From the NCBI GenBank assembly GCA_977017645.1, contig OZ360245.1, positions 23,126,001 through 23,190,000 of the forward strand: DNA of 64,000 nucleotides, written 5' to 3'. The stretch's first letter is position 1, and each line of letters begins with the position of its first letter. A program made the translations under genes and the position numbers. Source of the stretch: Torpedo marmorata. Its lineage: Eukaryota. Positions 13,330 through 27,591 of this stretch are shown piece by piece. The notes below the pieces were generated by a model. The model made no database searches. It was not told the DNA's origin and saw only the letters and a program-made list of their open reading frames with translations.

Positions 13330-14530
13330 GAAAAATATAAAGGATTAGCAAAGGATAACATTGGTTCTTGCAGATCAAGGGAGAAGTTACATTGGAAAGT
13401 AAGGAAATAACTAAATTAAACATATTTTGTGTCCGTGGAGACATTAAAATCTTCCAGAGATAGAAAAGAACAACAGATCTTGAATGAATGAAGAGCTTAA
13501 AGAAATTGGCTTTAGTTTAAAAAAATGTATTGGAGAAATTAGTCAGGAACAAACCCATAAAATCCCCAGAACCTGATAACTTGCATTCCAAGGTTTTGAA
13601 AGAGATGACCGTGTACTGATTGTCATTTTCTCACAATGAAAGTGGTTCCCTCTTTAGGTGACAAATGCAACTGTACTATTTAACAAAGGGAGCAGAGTGG
13701 AAGTGGGGAACTGAGCTAAGTTAGCCTGAGATCAACACTGGGGAAAATGATTTAATCTACCTCAAGTGGTAACAGGGCACTTAGAAAATAATAACAATAT
13801 TGGACAAAATCAACATGGTTTATGAAAGAGAAATCATGTTTGACATAACAACTGATAGATTTTGTTTTGAAGCTGTATCTTATTAAAATAGGTACGTGGA
13901 AACCAGCAGATATTGCATATTTGGACTTTCAGAGATCCTCTGCTAAGATGCCCTACAAGAAGTTATTAAACCAAATTAGAAATTGGATGCAGAGGCTGCA
14001 AGGTTCCAAAGGCAGTCTAAGTAACGGGCAAGGACTTGTCAGATGGAAGATCATGTGAATAAATTAACTTCAGGTCATTCACTTTTGATGGAAAAATAGA
14101 AAAACACAGTCTCTCTTCGTAAGAAAGAATGTACTTGCAATGGAGGGAGTGTAACACATTGTTTCCTGACATAGGACACCTGTGCTAAAGAGATTAAACA
14201 AACTAGCCTTGTACTCTAATGCAGAGGTGTCTTAGTGAAATATACAAATTCTGTCAGAGCTTGACAGGGTAGATGCAGGGATGATTTTTCCCCTGGCTGG
14301 GATAAGTAGAACTAGTTATCAAAATCTCAATACAAGAGGTCAGTTTCTCAGGACTAAGGTAAGAGATTTCTTCACGAAGAATGCTGAGAATCTTTGGAAT
14401 CTTTGACCAAAGAGGTTATAAAGATACAGTCATTGAATATATTCAAGACAGATTGATAGACTTTTGGGATTAGTACAGGATGGAGGTAAAATCCTAGAAT
14501 GTGAACAGATGGGAGGGGCCAAATAGTCTG
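13330..14530 (+). mobile_element. Highly degenerate CR1 LINE fragment
   Basis: Remnants of QHGF..KSCLT, DIAYLDFQ and the CR1 3' end. Many stops and deletions, boundaries approximate. Confidence 0.65.
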
Positions 14531-16569
14531 CTCATTATACACAAAGTTGCTGCAACAATTGCGACACTTTCTAGTGGACATCAGCTCTGAAAGCATTCAG
14601 TGAGAGCAAAATTATGAACCCAAGCCAAGATAAAACTTTATTGATTCGGAATAGCCAATGCACAGGAGACCACTCAGCCAGTCACATTTCAGTGATCCTG
14701 TCCTTTGTATTCCTCAGCTCATTCCAAAATGGCCCAGGAAATTGTCTGCTTGGGGTATTTTTTTAAAAAAACCCAGAAACTCCAATTCATTGGAGCTTGA
14801 GTATCAGAGATTCTGGAAGTGAATTGGCCAAGCTGATCTACCAGCAGTAATTTTACAGCACAACCTGTCGTCAAGTCAATTAGAATGCTGCAAAATGTGG
14901 AGAATCAGGAATGGCAGACCCAATGGTCAGAATTAAAACCCATTGCAATATGATGGCCCTGGATTAGGTTTAAAAAATATTTCAAAGTTAAGGACTAGAA
15001 GCAAGCACAAATACAAATCACTGAGCAGAGTCACCTCAAGAACTGTCTTTATATCAACTTGGTTAATCTTCCAGGTAGAATTCTGAAGACTATTGCCAAA
15101 ACCATCCCTTCCCACTACAGATGATAAAGAAAAGCATAAACCAATTCTTTAACTAGTTCAGGTTATTCAGTCCCACACCATTTCTAATTTACAGGGTAAA
15201 ATTAATAAGATTCAGTGAATACATTCAAAACACAATCTGCACTGCACATTGAAAAAAAATGTCATGGTTGGATGGTAGTTTAAAGTTGGCAAGTGACAAG
15301 CAACTCCTGCTGATAGTCACTGCACAGCAACCTCCGACCTGCCAGTTTTCCCATTTCTGTACTACGCTATTCCTCAAGTTGAAAGCTGGCTAGACTGATG
15401 GGGTTGCTTACTATTCAATTAGCAGCTAGGAATTTCCTGGCTCTTACACTGGCTGGTGACCTCCACTGGCAGAGATCCACGTTCTATCAAGATTTTTCAA
15501 TGAGTGGTGGGAGGGTAGCCCCAGAAAGGAACAGGGTCTCTGGCTGAGTCGGAGATTCAGGAAAGTTGGGTCATGTGTGTGGAAATAGGAAGGAACTAGA
15601 TTACAAGACCTGTTATTCCATTAGAGTTATTACACCATATTATAAAGCTCTTAAAAGATCCTAAGGTACCTTTACATTCCTTTACAGATCTAAAATAGAA
15701 AATGTACTTTAATCATTAATTTGGATTTCAAATAAACCATCCGGTAGTGTTTCATAAGGCTAAAAATTATATTGACAGAAAGGTAAAAATCCCATCACAT
15801 TGTGGCGCAATGTTTATAATGGCTTAAGCCATTGTTTTTAAAGCATAAAAATAGTGTATACCATGGACATATTCCCTCTTATTCCTCCCTAGCAGGGCAT
15901 GAATATTGAGCAATTCATGCACTTTGAGTTTTGCAGTTTCTCAAAATGCATCCCCACCTCTCTTTTTGGTGACCATTTAGTCTTATTTCTGGATTTCTGC
16001 TTCTTCCAAAGCCTTTTATAGAAGCAGGGCAAAAATCAATTGTTTTACTCAATTTTATTAGTGACAAATGCGCAATTGCCAATATTTGATTATATTACTG
16101 ACTTGTTAGCCATTCTCAGCCATTTATTTTTATGATACATTAGATATTAGAAAGAGATTATCAATGCTTTATAGATAGTTATACATCTGGTTCTATATTT
16201 ACTTTTTGTAACCATTTTAAGATTTAATTTCCTGGCACATTATTGAACTCCTCTGTAAATTGTTCAAGTCAATGCATAAAACGCTATGGCTCATTTGTCT
16301 TCATGCTTCTTTCAAGAATAATGTTGAGGATAATTGGCTGTTTCATTCAGTGCACATGTTTGTCTTTGTACTGATGGGGCCTCCATCCATCTCAGAAACA
16401 GTACAACAAATTAATCGAATAGATTTTTTTAATATCTGAATGAGATCAAAACATAATTTTTAATTTTAAAGATGCATTATGTCGTTCTTCCAAGACATTC
16501 TGGAGAATACAATGTAGAAACTAACAGCAAGTAGCAATAGTCTGCATCATGTTTGCAATGTTATCCTAC

Positions 16570-16697
16570 CCAGATCTTTGGCCACATCAGCTACCTCTTC
16601 ATTCCTCTTTTCTGCCATGTACCCAAGGATGGTAAAAATAACAAAGCCAGACAGGAAACTGGTCAAGCAGTTCACAGTGCTGGTGAGCAAAGCATCC
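16570..16697 (-). CDS. slc6a4: Serotonin transporter coding exon 7 (TM7)
   Basis: Read manually as [42 protein letters not shown]. ctttag acceptor, G|gtagga donor, 128 nt. Confidence 0.96.
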
Positions 16698-16914
16698 CTA
16701 AAGCAAGAAAACAGAAATAAAACAGCCCATTGTCTGAATTGAGATCAGATATTCATATTTTATCAATTCAGTCATATAGCACAAAAACAGATTCTTCAGC
16801 CTCCAATATCCATGGCGAGCATCAAGTCCCAATATATATATATTTACCAACACTTGTTCTGTCAACATGTCTTGGTGATTTGGACATTTTCCAAATTGTA
16901 TTCATTCCTATTAG

Positions 16915-17960
16915 AACCAGAGGACAATAGAGCACAGAAACAGACCCTTTGGCCCATAAGTCCATGCCAAACTATTTTTACACTAGTCCCATTGACCTGC
17001 ACCCAGACCATAGCCCTGTATACCCCTCCCATCCACATACCTATCCAAATTTCTCTTATTGAAATCAAACCTGCATCCACCACTTCCGCCAGCAGCTTGT
17101 TCCACACTCTCACCACCTGCTGTGAAGAAGTTCCCCCTAATATTCCCCTTAAACATTTTACCCTTTGCCCATGTCCTCTTGTTGTCTCACCTAACCTCAG
17201 TGGAGAAAGCCTGCTTGCATTTACTCTATCTATACCCACCATTCTCTGACACTCCAGAGAATAAAGTTCTAATCTATTCAACCTTTCCCCATAACTCTGC
17301 TCCTCAAGTCCCGGCAACATCCTTGTAAATTTTCCTACGCTTTCAATCTTAGTGATATCTTTCCTGCAAGTAGATGACCAAAACTGCACACAGTACTCCA
17401 TATTTGGCCTCACAAATGTCTTATACAACTTCAACATAATATCCCAACTCCTGTACTCAATACTTTGATTTATGAAGGTCAATGTGCCAAAAGCTCTTTA
17501 CAATTCGATCTACCTGTGACGCCACTTTCAAGGAATTATGTATGTGTACTCCCAGATTGCTGTTCTATTGCACTCCACAGTGCCCTACAGTTTACCATGC
17601 AAATCATACCCTGGTTTGTCCTCCCAAAGTACAACACCTCACACTTGTCCGCATTAAATTCCATCTGCCATTTTGCAGCACATTTCTCCAACTGGTCCAG
17701 ATCCTGCTGTAAGCTTTCAAAACCTTCCACGCTGTCCACTAAACCCCAATCTTAGTGTTATCTGCAAATTTGCTGATTCAATTCACTGTATTATCATCCA
17801 GATTACTGATATAGATGGCAAACAACAATGGATTCAAGCACCGATCCCAGAGACACACCACTAGTCACAGGCCTCCAGACACAGAAGCAATCTACTACCA
17901 TTCTGGCTTCTCCCACAAAGCCAAAGTCTAATCCAATCCTCATCCTGGATACCAAGTGAC
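16915..17960 (-). mobile_element. CR1 LINE 3' fragment
   Basis: WQMEFNADKCEVLYFG, LYKTFVRPNMEYCVQFWS and other CR1 RT C-terminal motifs, with frameshifts. Confidence 0.88.
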
Positions 17961-19134
17961 ATAATTAGTATAAACACTCACAATTCTTTGTTCATACATA
18001 CGAACTTCAGTAAGTGTGCTTAACCTTAAAGCAGTTTGCACAAGAAAACGAGTGTGAGCTCTGTTTATTAACTTTTATCACAATTTTAAATTGGAAATCA
18101 CAAAAAATGGAACCAGAGAAATTGTACTGCATATCTGATGTTCACAACCGTTATAACACAAGGCGATAAAATAGAGACATAGGGACAGATGAAAGATATT
18201 AGCATCATTTTCAGGATTATTATGAAGAACTCAGGTGATCTTAAAAATAAAAATAATGCAGAAGTCAATATGCTGTGCTAAAGGGAAAGTTTAAGGTGAC
18301 AGAATAATACAAAATATAGTGTTTGATTACAACTGGATGAAAACTACATCTTGCTTTCAGGATGGACTTCCATACATAATAATCATTAAGCAAATGCATT
18401 GATAAGAGATTCACACGTCTGCTATTTTCTGGAATGGATACAGTTCCTGGTGAGCTATTCATGATAGTGTTTAATCTCTTTCTAATCTTCATAACATACT
18501 CCCAATACAATAGTTAATAAAATGGAAATACGATTAAACATCATATTTACTGATATAAATGGTTTTTTTTTCAGAAGAGCACCGAACTATCCAGAAGTAA
18601 ATTCTATCAAGTAAAAACATCTGTTGAGAGAGAAACAGAGTTAAAGCCAGTATCTATAGAGAACAACCAACGATCTGCAATACTCCATCAAATCTGACTT
18701 CCTGCTTTGCCATTCGATTCCCAGAGATTCTAGAAGTAAAGCATTAACAGGAGAGCAGCACATGGTTCATCCTACAGATGACTAATATAAAGAATGCAAC
18801 CCCGATCTTGTGAAAAAAATTGTGGTTGGAAATAGTTAACTTACTTTATTTTAACAATTTAGAATACAGGTGACTCGTGCATTATGGGGAGGGGTGGGGT
18901 TGAGTTTCTAGAAAATGATCCGCAAGGCAAAGCTGAATCATATGCACTCGTCAAGCGACGAGATTTGAAATAATTTGTGCATTTATTTCTTTACTTTTTT
19001 TTCTCCCCCTAACAAATTTCATGAAAGCATATTTTATTCTCCATCTCAAAATGTTAATGATTTGTGAATTCTGTAAGGGTGAATTTCCCTGATCCAAATG
19101 GCTAAAATGCGGGTGTTGCCTGTATTTGTTGTTA

Positions 19135-19467
19135 TGTAGCGCTGCGGCTGCTGCGTCTGAAAGAACACCACTGCATTCCAGGTTAGCTCAACAGGACTGA
19201 CTTTATTGCGGTTCTGGCTCTGCTCATATAGGGCCAGCTCCCGGGATAGACCCGCCTCTTCCGGCCGAGATGACTTCACGTGCCTATTGCTGATTGGTCG
19301 GTTTTCCCGCCAGGGGAATGACGTCACGGGCCGGTCGCTGGTTGGCTGGTTTTCCCGTCGGAGCTGGATCCCTTGTAGGAAGGCCATTTAGTTCGTGGCC
19401 TTGTTGTGATTGCCACGTTCGGTCGCCATCTTGTCGTGGGTCGCCGATCGGCCTGTGGGCCGCTACA
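19135..19467 (-). repeat. 3' LTR of the Gypsy element (333 bp)
   Basis: Preceded on the minus strand by a G-rich polypurine tract at about 19471-19486. Confidence 0.95.
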
Positions 19468-22400
19468 CGACCCCCTCCCCCCCCAGAACCGGCGATCGTA
19501 GCAGCGTCCCGTGCTTTCGGTGGCCTGCCTCTGCGCCGTGGGGCTGGTGTGATGATCGGTTCGCTGGTGTCAATGTGTGCTGGCTTAAGGCGGTCTATAG
19601 TGAATGTCTCTGCCTTGCCTCCGATGTCCAGCATACATGTGGACCCGTTGTGCCGTATCACCCAGTAGGGCCCCTCGTAAGGACGTTGCAGCGGTGGACA
19701 ATGTGCTCCTCGTCGCACGAAAACGAACCTGCAGTCGAGTAAGCCCCTGGGCATATGTGTCTTTGGCTGGCCGTGTGGTGTGGGCTGTAATGGGGCCAGT
19801 GTCCCCAGTTGCTCTCGGAGCCTTTCGAGGGTTGCTGCCGGTGTATCGTCCGTGCCTTTGGGGGTGGCAAGGAACTCACCGGGGATAACTAGGGGCACGC
19901 CGTACACCAATTCTGCTGACGAGGCGTCAAGGTCCTCTTTGGGCGCGGTCCGGATTCCCAATAGTACCCACGGTAGTTCGTCGGTCCAATGTAGACCTTT
20001 GAGGCAGGCCATCAGTGCTGACTTCAGGTGTCGGTGGAATCTGTGGGTGGTAAGCCGTGGTGTGGTGGAGCTGGGTTCCCAATAAGTTGGCCACGGCTGC
20101 CCAAAGTCCAGAAGTGAACTGCGCACCTCTGTCAGACGTCAGGTGTTCCAGGACACCGAATCGAGCCACCCATGTGTCGATGAGGTCTCAACCAGCGGAA
20201 CTGCTTCCGGCCACCATAGTCAATAGGTACCGCGCCCCTCTTGATACTGGCAAGGGGCCCACGATGTCGATGTGGACATGGCTGAACCTACGCCGTGCTG
20301 GCTCGAATGCTTGGGGGGGGGGGGCGCCTTGACATGCGTCTGTACCTTAGACGTCTGGCAGCGTGTGCAAGTCTTTGCCCACTGGCTGACTTGTTTTCGG
20401 AGACCATGCCACATGAACCTGTTGGCTACCATCTTGACCGTGGTTCTGATGGATGGGTGCGCCAGGTTATGCACCGTGTCGAAAACTGGGCGTCTCCATG
20501 CCATGGGGACGACGGGGCGAGGTTTCCCCGTTGACACGTCGCAGAGTAGCGTCTGGTTGCCGGGCCCCACTACTATGTCCTTCAGTGTTAGACCTGTTAC
20601 CGCCATTCTGTAAGTGGGAATCTCAGGGTCTTGCAGCTGTGCTCGGGCCAATTCTGTGAATTCGACCCCTTGGAACAATGTTTTTATCACCTGGATTGTG
20701 GGGCGTAATAAAGCGTCAGCCACCACATTAGCCTTTCCGGCGATATGCTGGATATCCGTGGTAAACTCGGATATATAGGATAGGTGCCTTTGTTGTCTGG
20801 CCTACCATGGATCCGATAGTTTGTTGAAAGCGAAAGTCAGCGGTTTGTGATCGGTGAAGATCATAAATTGTCTGCCCTCTAGAAATTATCTGAAGTGTCG
20901 TACTGCCAGGTACAGGGCTAGCAGTTCGCAGTCGAAAGCACTGTACTTGAGCTCGGGTGCCCGCAGATGCCTGCTGAAGAAAGCTAAGGGTTGCCATTGT
21001 CCGTTTACTTGCTGCTCCAGCAGCGCCGCGACCGCTGTGTTGGAGGCGTCTGTCGTGAGGGCGGTCGGAGCGTCTGTTCGTTGGTGTATCAGAAGCGTAG
21101 CATTGGCCAGGGCGTCCTTGACCTTCTGGAACGCCTCTGAAGCCTCCTTGTCCCACTCCACCTCTTTCTTTTTGCCAGCCATCAAGGCGAATAACGGGCG
21201 CATGATGTGGGCTGCTGCCGGTATGAAACGGTGGTAAAAGTTGAGCATACCGGCAAACTACTGGAGGCCCTTCACCGTGTGTGGCTTGGTGAAGCACCTG
21301 ACAGCCTCTACCTTCTCAGGTAGTTGTGTCGCCCCGTGTTCATTTATTCTGTGGCCCAGGAAGTTGATAATCTCTAGCCCGAACTGGCATTTGGCCGGGT
21401 TGATGGTCTGGCCGAAATCTCTGAGGCGGGAGCACAGCTGCTGCATGTGCGTCGCATGTTCTTTGTGATTGCGGCTGGCCACCAGTATGTCATCGAGGTA
21501 GATGAAAATGAAATTGAGATCCCGGCCCACCCTGTCCATCATTCTCTGGAATGTTTGAGCGGCGTTCTTTAGGCCAAAGGGCATTCTCAGGAACTCAAAC
21601 AAACCAAAGGGGGTTATGATGGTGGTTTTAGCTGTCCTCAGGATTGACCGGGATCTGGTGGTAGCCTCTGATGAGGTTAACTTTGGAGAACTGTGCAGTG
21701 AAGTCCTGTATATGGGGCATGGGGTTTCGGTCTGGCGTGGTTGCCTCGTTCAAGCGCCAGTAGTCTTTGCACGGTCTCCACCCTCCTGCCATCTTCGGCA
21801 CCATGTGTAGGGGGGATGCCCAGGGGCTGTCGGACCTGCGCACGATCCCCAGCTCCTCCATCTTTAGGAACTCTTTTGGCTAAGCTCAGTTTATCGGGGG
21901 GAAGGCGACGTGCCCTGGCGTGGAGGGGAGGGCCCGCCGTGAGGATGTGGTGATGTACCCTGTGTTTGGGCTCGGCGGAGGTGAACTCCGGTACCGCGAT
22001 GGATGGGAATTCTGTGATGATTCGCGCAAACTCGTCGCGGTCAGCAGTGATGGAATGGAGGCGGGGGCAGGTAACCTGGCTTTCCCCAGGGGGAAGGACT
22101 GGAAGGTTTTGGCGTGGACTAGCCTTCGCCCCTTGAGATCAACCAACAAGCAATGAGCCCTGAGGAAATCAGCTCCCAGGAGCGGTCGTTCCACCGCGGC
22201 AAGTGTAAAAGACCATGTGAAACGGCTGTCGCCGAAACGAAGTGGCACGGTACGCGTGCCGAACGTCTTTATTGTGGAGCATTTTGCTGCTCTCAAAGAT
22301 GGCCCTGGCCGCTTGTTGCGGATGTCATGTGCCAAGGGGGGCAGGACGCTGACTTCGGCTCCGGTGTCGACCAAGAACCGCCGTCCAGACAGGGAATCCC

Positions 22401-23161
22401 ACATGTGGAGCAGGCTGTCTTGTTGGCCAACCGCCACAGCCATTAACGACAGCCGGCCATGGCGTTTCCCGGGAACGCGCAGGGTGGGTGGCATCGGCGG
22501 GCCTCCGCACCCCATCACTGGTGGTAGAAACAGTACTGCTCACCCGCGGGGTCCATGTGCCTGTCGCGTGTGGCCGGTGGCCTTGTCGCTTGCTGTACGT
22601 GGGGCTTGGCGACGTGCTCCACCACGACGTCGGAGTGCCTCTTCGACTTCCAGAGCACGTCTGCCCGGGCTGCCACCTTCCTGGGGTCACTGAAGTCGTC
22701 GTCTGCCAGCAGCAATCAGATATCCTCCGGCAACAGGTCTAAGAAGATCTGCTCGAGGAGCAGGCAAGGTGTATGGCCGTCGGTGAGCGCTAACATCTCG
22801 CCCATGAGGACGGAAGGGGCCCTGTCCCCCAATCCGTCCATGTGCAACAATCGCGCCGCACGCTCGCGCTTCGAGAGCCCGAAGGTGCGCGTTAGCAGCT
22901 CTTTAATGGCCTCATACTTCCCTTGCCCTGGTGGGTGCCGGAGGAAATCAATGATTCTGGCCGCTGTGTCCTGATCCAGCGAGCTGACCACGTAGTAGTA
23001 GCGTGTGGCGTCGGAGGAGATCTGGCGAACCTTGAACTGAGCCTTGGCTTGCTCGAACCAGACCTATGGCTGTGTCGTCCAAAAGGTCGGAAGCTTCAGA
23101 GCGACCGCGTTGAAGGTAGCCTCGTCCATCGTCTTCGGATCCAAAAATGCCGTTCAGACCT

Positions 23162-23174
23162 GTCGGGGTCACCA
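23162..23174 (-). other. Primer-binding site complementary to the tRNA-Trp 3' end
   Basis: TGGTGACCCCGAC lies 1 nt inside the 5' LTR boundary and complements the vertebrate tRNA-Trp end GUCGGGGUCACCA. Confidence 0.85.
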
Positions 23175-23175
23175 C

Positions 23176-23510
23176 TGTAGCACTGCGGCTGCTGCGTCTG
23201 AAAGAACACCACTGCACTCCAGGTTAGCTCAACAGGACTGACTTTATTGCAGTTCTGGCTCTGCTTATATAGGGCCAGCTCCCGGGATAGACCCGCCTCT
23301 TCCGGCCGAGATGACGTCACAGGCCAATCGCTGATTGGTCGGTTTTCCCGCCAGGGGAATGACGTCACGGGCCGGTCGCTGGTTGGCTGGTTTTCCCGTC
23401 GGAGCTGGATCCCTTGTAGGAAGGCCATTTAGTTCGTGGCCTTGTTGCGATCGCCGCGTTCGGTCGCCATCTTGTGTCACGGGTCGCCGATCGGCCTGCG
23501 GGCCGCTACA
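23176..23510 (-). repeat. 5' LTR of the Gypsy element (335 bp)
   Basis: Direct repeat of 19135-19467, about 15 substitutions and one 2-bp indel by eye. Contains TGACGTCA twice, CCAAT, TATATAAG and AATAAA on the minus strand. Confidence 0.95.
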
Positions 23511-24059
23511 GTTATGTATTAAATCAATGTGTTAGCATTTAAGCAGTTTTATTATTTTACAGATTTTTTAATAAAAAAATAATTCTGTTTTATCAGTTCT
23601 GAAATCTCTCTCTCCAATTGGAGTGGTTTTCAAATGTGTCTTAAGGCCTTGGCAAGCAGCAAGTTGTAAATGGGAATCAAGGCATTCTGAGGCAGTCTCA
23701 ACATTAGACACTATTCCAATTATGGGACACCCATTTTGTACAGAGGGACAGCTCAGCTAGCTCTCTCTGTTCAGAGCAAGTAATGTGGGGTGGCAGACAC
23801 TTTAGGTCGCAGTTTTGGGCAGCAGGCCAGATCCAGGGCAATGACTCAGAAGTTTAATTCTATTTCTCTCTCCACAGATGTCAACCAATTTGCTACAACG
23901 AGCATGGTAAGATTTGCTGCATACATAGTATATTGGTTTAGGACATATTAAAGAGTCATATTGTACAGAAATAGCCCTTTGGCCCATCTGGTCTGTGCCA
24001 ACTATCGAGCACCCATTTACACTAATGCCATTTTGTTGTCCTCACATTCCTATCAACTC

Positions 24060-24262
24060 CCTTAAGATTCTATCATCCTCCTGCACACGAGACACAACTT
24101 AAAGTAGCCAATTAACCTACCAACCAACCCATGCCTTTAATTTACGAGAGGAACCCATATGATTCTGGGGAGAATGTGCAAACTCCATAGACAGTGCCTG
24201 AGGTCAGGATGGATAAATCTGTGTGGCTGATCTGTGAGGCAGCAGCTCTACTAACTGCATGT
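24060..24262 (-). mobile_element. Degenerate SINE fragment, probably tRNA-derived
   Basis: gagaatgtgcaaactccatagacag...gtgaggcagcagctctactaactgc resembles fish SINE core and head sequences. Recognition by eye only. Confidence 0.45.
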
Positions 24263-24665
24263 ATATCAGTATATAGTGCCAGTATATTAAAATATTTTAT
24301 AATTACACTGTTAAACGTTGCCTCAAAATCCTAGTGATACCTGCTGAGTTGGTATAAATCCAGCTCACTGACAGAATATGAACATCCACATCCTTTATTG
24401 AATAATTGCTCTTTAACTATAGTTCTAGGAGGAAAGTGTTTACCACATTAATTCAGTATGCACATTTTGGGATGGGTGTCATTATTGGAGGTCATATTTA
24501 CCCTGTGTCCACTCATTTTGCTAATGACTGCTCCTAACAACAGGTGCCAAAATTGAAATTTTTAAAACACATTTCTCAGCACTGAGTTTTTCAAACCTAC
24601 TGGGAGCCAACTTTCAACAGAAAATAAAAACAATTCTCATGATTTATACAAGCCTAATAAGATTA

Positions 24666-24797
<132 letters not shown>

Positions 24798-24898
24798 CTA
24801 GAAATAAAAGACCAGAAATTATTCAAAACAAAAAAAGTTAACACCTGCGTTTTTATACCAATATATAGTTCGGGTTTGTGTGTTTATAGAGATAGTTA

Positions 24899-25316
24899 GA
24901 AATAAATGTGGATGAATTAATTGTTAAACCAAATGTCTTTCATCGCAAACATTGTAAACAGAACATTGTAAATCTTGGATGAATACTAGTGTTTTATTTT
25001 AGCAACAATTTAGTACCACATACTGGAGGGATATTGATCTTTCATTTTATTATTATCTTATCTCTATCTATCAGCTTTAATGCAAAACATCCCATTAGGA
25101 ACCATGCAACTTCCAATGAACCCCCCTCATCTCTTTCAATGAGATTGCTAACTCATTGCCAAATGATGTGGCTCATTTCTGTCCTATCTGATGTCATGTT
25201 GGGCAAAAGTTCAGATTGCTCAATCTCACATCACTTTTGAAATAGAGAGAATCCTCTGTAATGATGGACTCCAAGGTGAAAGTACACTGGCTGGTGCCAG
25301 TAATAAATAACATCTT
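24899..25316. repeat. Left copy of a ~418-bp direct duplication flanking an L1 (right copy 27601-28271)
   Basis: gaaataaatgtggatg...aataacatctt occurs on both sides of the L1 with few differences. The right copy is interrupted by a SINE. Confidence 0.92.
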
Positions 25317-27534
25317 ACTAACTTAATGAAATCCAAACCATTTAAGCTCCACCGTGGAATTAGACAAGGTTGCCCTTTAAGCCCATTATTATTTAAATTA
25401 GCATTAGGACCATAAGCAGTGGCCTTTTGGCAATCTGATGACATTTCTGTTATTACAAGGGGCGGACTGTTCATAAGGTCTCGCTTTATGCAGATGACCT
25501 TCTATTGTATATATCTGACCCCTGATCATTCGATTCCAGCTATTTTATCACTCCTTCATCAGTTTGGTCAATTTTCTGGATATAAATTAAATCTCCAAAA
25601 AAGTGAGTCTTAAACTCCTCCTACTCTCTAGATTTTGCCGTTCCTTTTAAAATTGTTAAAAATCAATTTAAATATTTAGGTGTTACTATTACTAAGAATT
25701 AACAATCTGTTTAATGAGAACTTTCTTACTTTAATGAACCATGTTAAGAAATCCCTCATTCAGTGGTCTCCTCTTTCAATGTCCCTAATTGGACGTATCA
25801 ATGTTATTAAGATGAATATCCTGCCTAAATATATTTTTCAAGCTTTACCTGTCTTTGTTCCCAAAACTTTTTTTTGATTCTCCCAATTCTATTATCTCTT
25901 CCTTTATCTGGAAAAATAAACGCCCCTGTTTTAATAAAACTTTCCTTCAAAATCCTAAAAAGGGGGATTGGCATTGCCTAATGTTAGATTATATTATTGG
26001 GCAGCTAATATTAGATATATTAATTTTTGGATTCATCATAAGGACAGACAGGATGTTGCTAGTTGGATCAATTTGGAAATTGATTCTACCAAGAAGTATT
26101 CCCTCATTTCGATAGTTGGAGCACCATTACCCTTTTCTGCTTCTAAATTAAATGATAACTTTGTTGTTAAACATACGTTTAGGATTTGGTTTCAATTTAG
26201 AAAACATTTTGGATGCCATAGATTTTTATTAATCAGTCCCCTTTTAGCTAATTCCTTTTTTTTTTTACCTTCGGTACAAGATTTTGGTTTTTGCCGATGG
26301 TCAGAGTTTGGTATCCAATCTTTTCGAGATCTCTTTATTGACCAAAATTTGGCCTCTTTTGAACAATTATCTTCTAAATTTAAAATAACTAAACATTTTT
26401 TTAAATAAATTTACAGATTAAGAGTTTTTTAAATTCCTTGGTATTAAAACTCCCTCAAGATTTGGAATTAAAGATGATAGAGAAGATTTATAATCTTAAA
26501 CCAAATACTAAAAAGTTGTTATCAGTTTTTTTTAATGAGTTATTATTGATGTCTAGTGCTAATTCCCTAGACAAGACTAAGAAACTATGGGAGCAAGATT
26601 TTCAACAAGAATTTTCTGATGCTACATGGGATTCTATCTTGAAATTGGTTAATTCATCTTCTCTATGCGCCCGACATTCATTATTGCAATTTAAAGTAGT
26701 ACATCGAGCTCACTATTCCAAAGTTCAATTGGCTAAATTTTATTCTAATTTCTCGTCAAAATGTGATAGATGTAAGACAGAAGGAGGTACATTATTTCAT
26801 ATGTTTTGGTCATGTTCCTCGCTTTCCAATTATTGGGAAAGTATTTTCCATACCTTGTCTTTAGTTCTTAACATTAATTTGGCTTCTAACCCTTTTCTAG
26901 CCCTATTTGGAATAAGTAAATCAGCTGAATTAAATTGATCTCTAGACTACAATCCCATGTAGTTGCCTTTGCTCTCCTTATTGCCAGAAGAGCTATACTT
27001 ATGAGATGGAAGGATGCTGTCCCTCCAACACATACTCAATGGTTATCTGATATGATGGCATGCTTGACTCTGGAAAAAATCAGATGCTCTACTAATGAAA
27101 TGAACCTTAATTTTCTAAACTTATGGGGTCCTTTCCTTAATTATTATCAGAATTTATAAGATTATTGGATCCCATTTTATGATTTGGTTTCTTTTTCTTT
27201 CATACATTAGTGGAACATATATGTTTAATCATAATTTCACAAGGGAGGGGTTAGATTATTAGAGTAGTTTTTTTTTGTCTCTTTCATAGGTTGTTTACAG
27301 TCATTTGTTAATATATATTTACTTTGTTGGATATATATTCTTGTTGTTACCTATGTATGAACAGTGTATATATATATATATATATATAGAGTTTAGGTAA
27401 GGTTGATCTTCACTATAAAATAGTGCTCAACACGTAATGTGGAGCTAAATAAATAAGTAAACAGAAAAGCACACTACTCACATGTGCCCGACAAGCTTGT
27501 CGGGCACATGTGAGTAGTGTGCTTTTCTGTTTAC

Positions 27535-27591
<57 letters not shown>

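Larger units (their letters stand above)
19135..23510 (-). mobile_element. Ty3/Gypsy LTR retrotransposon, two LTRs, defective coding region (4376 bp)
   Basis: TG...CA LTRs with 4-bp TSD GTTA (19131-19134, 23511-23514). Gag starts at 23129 (MDEATFNAVALKLPTFW). Protease FLVDTGA, RT MPFGLKNA and YLDD, RNase H TDAS and YSAFDCELLA, integrase HHCC and SDRG. Order PR-RT-RH-IN. Multiple stops, frameshifts and deletions in the integrase core. Confidence 0.96.
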
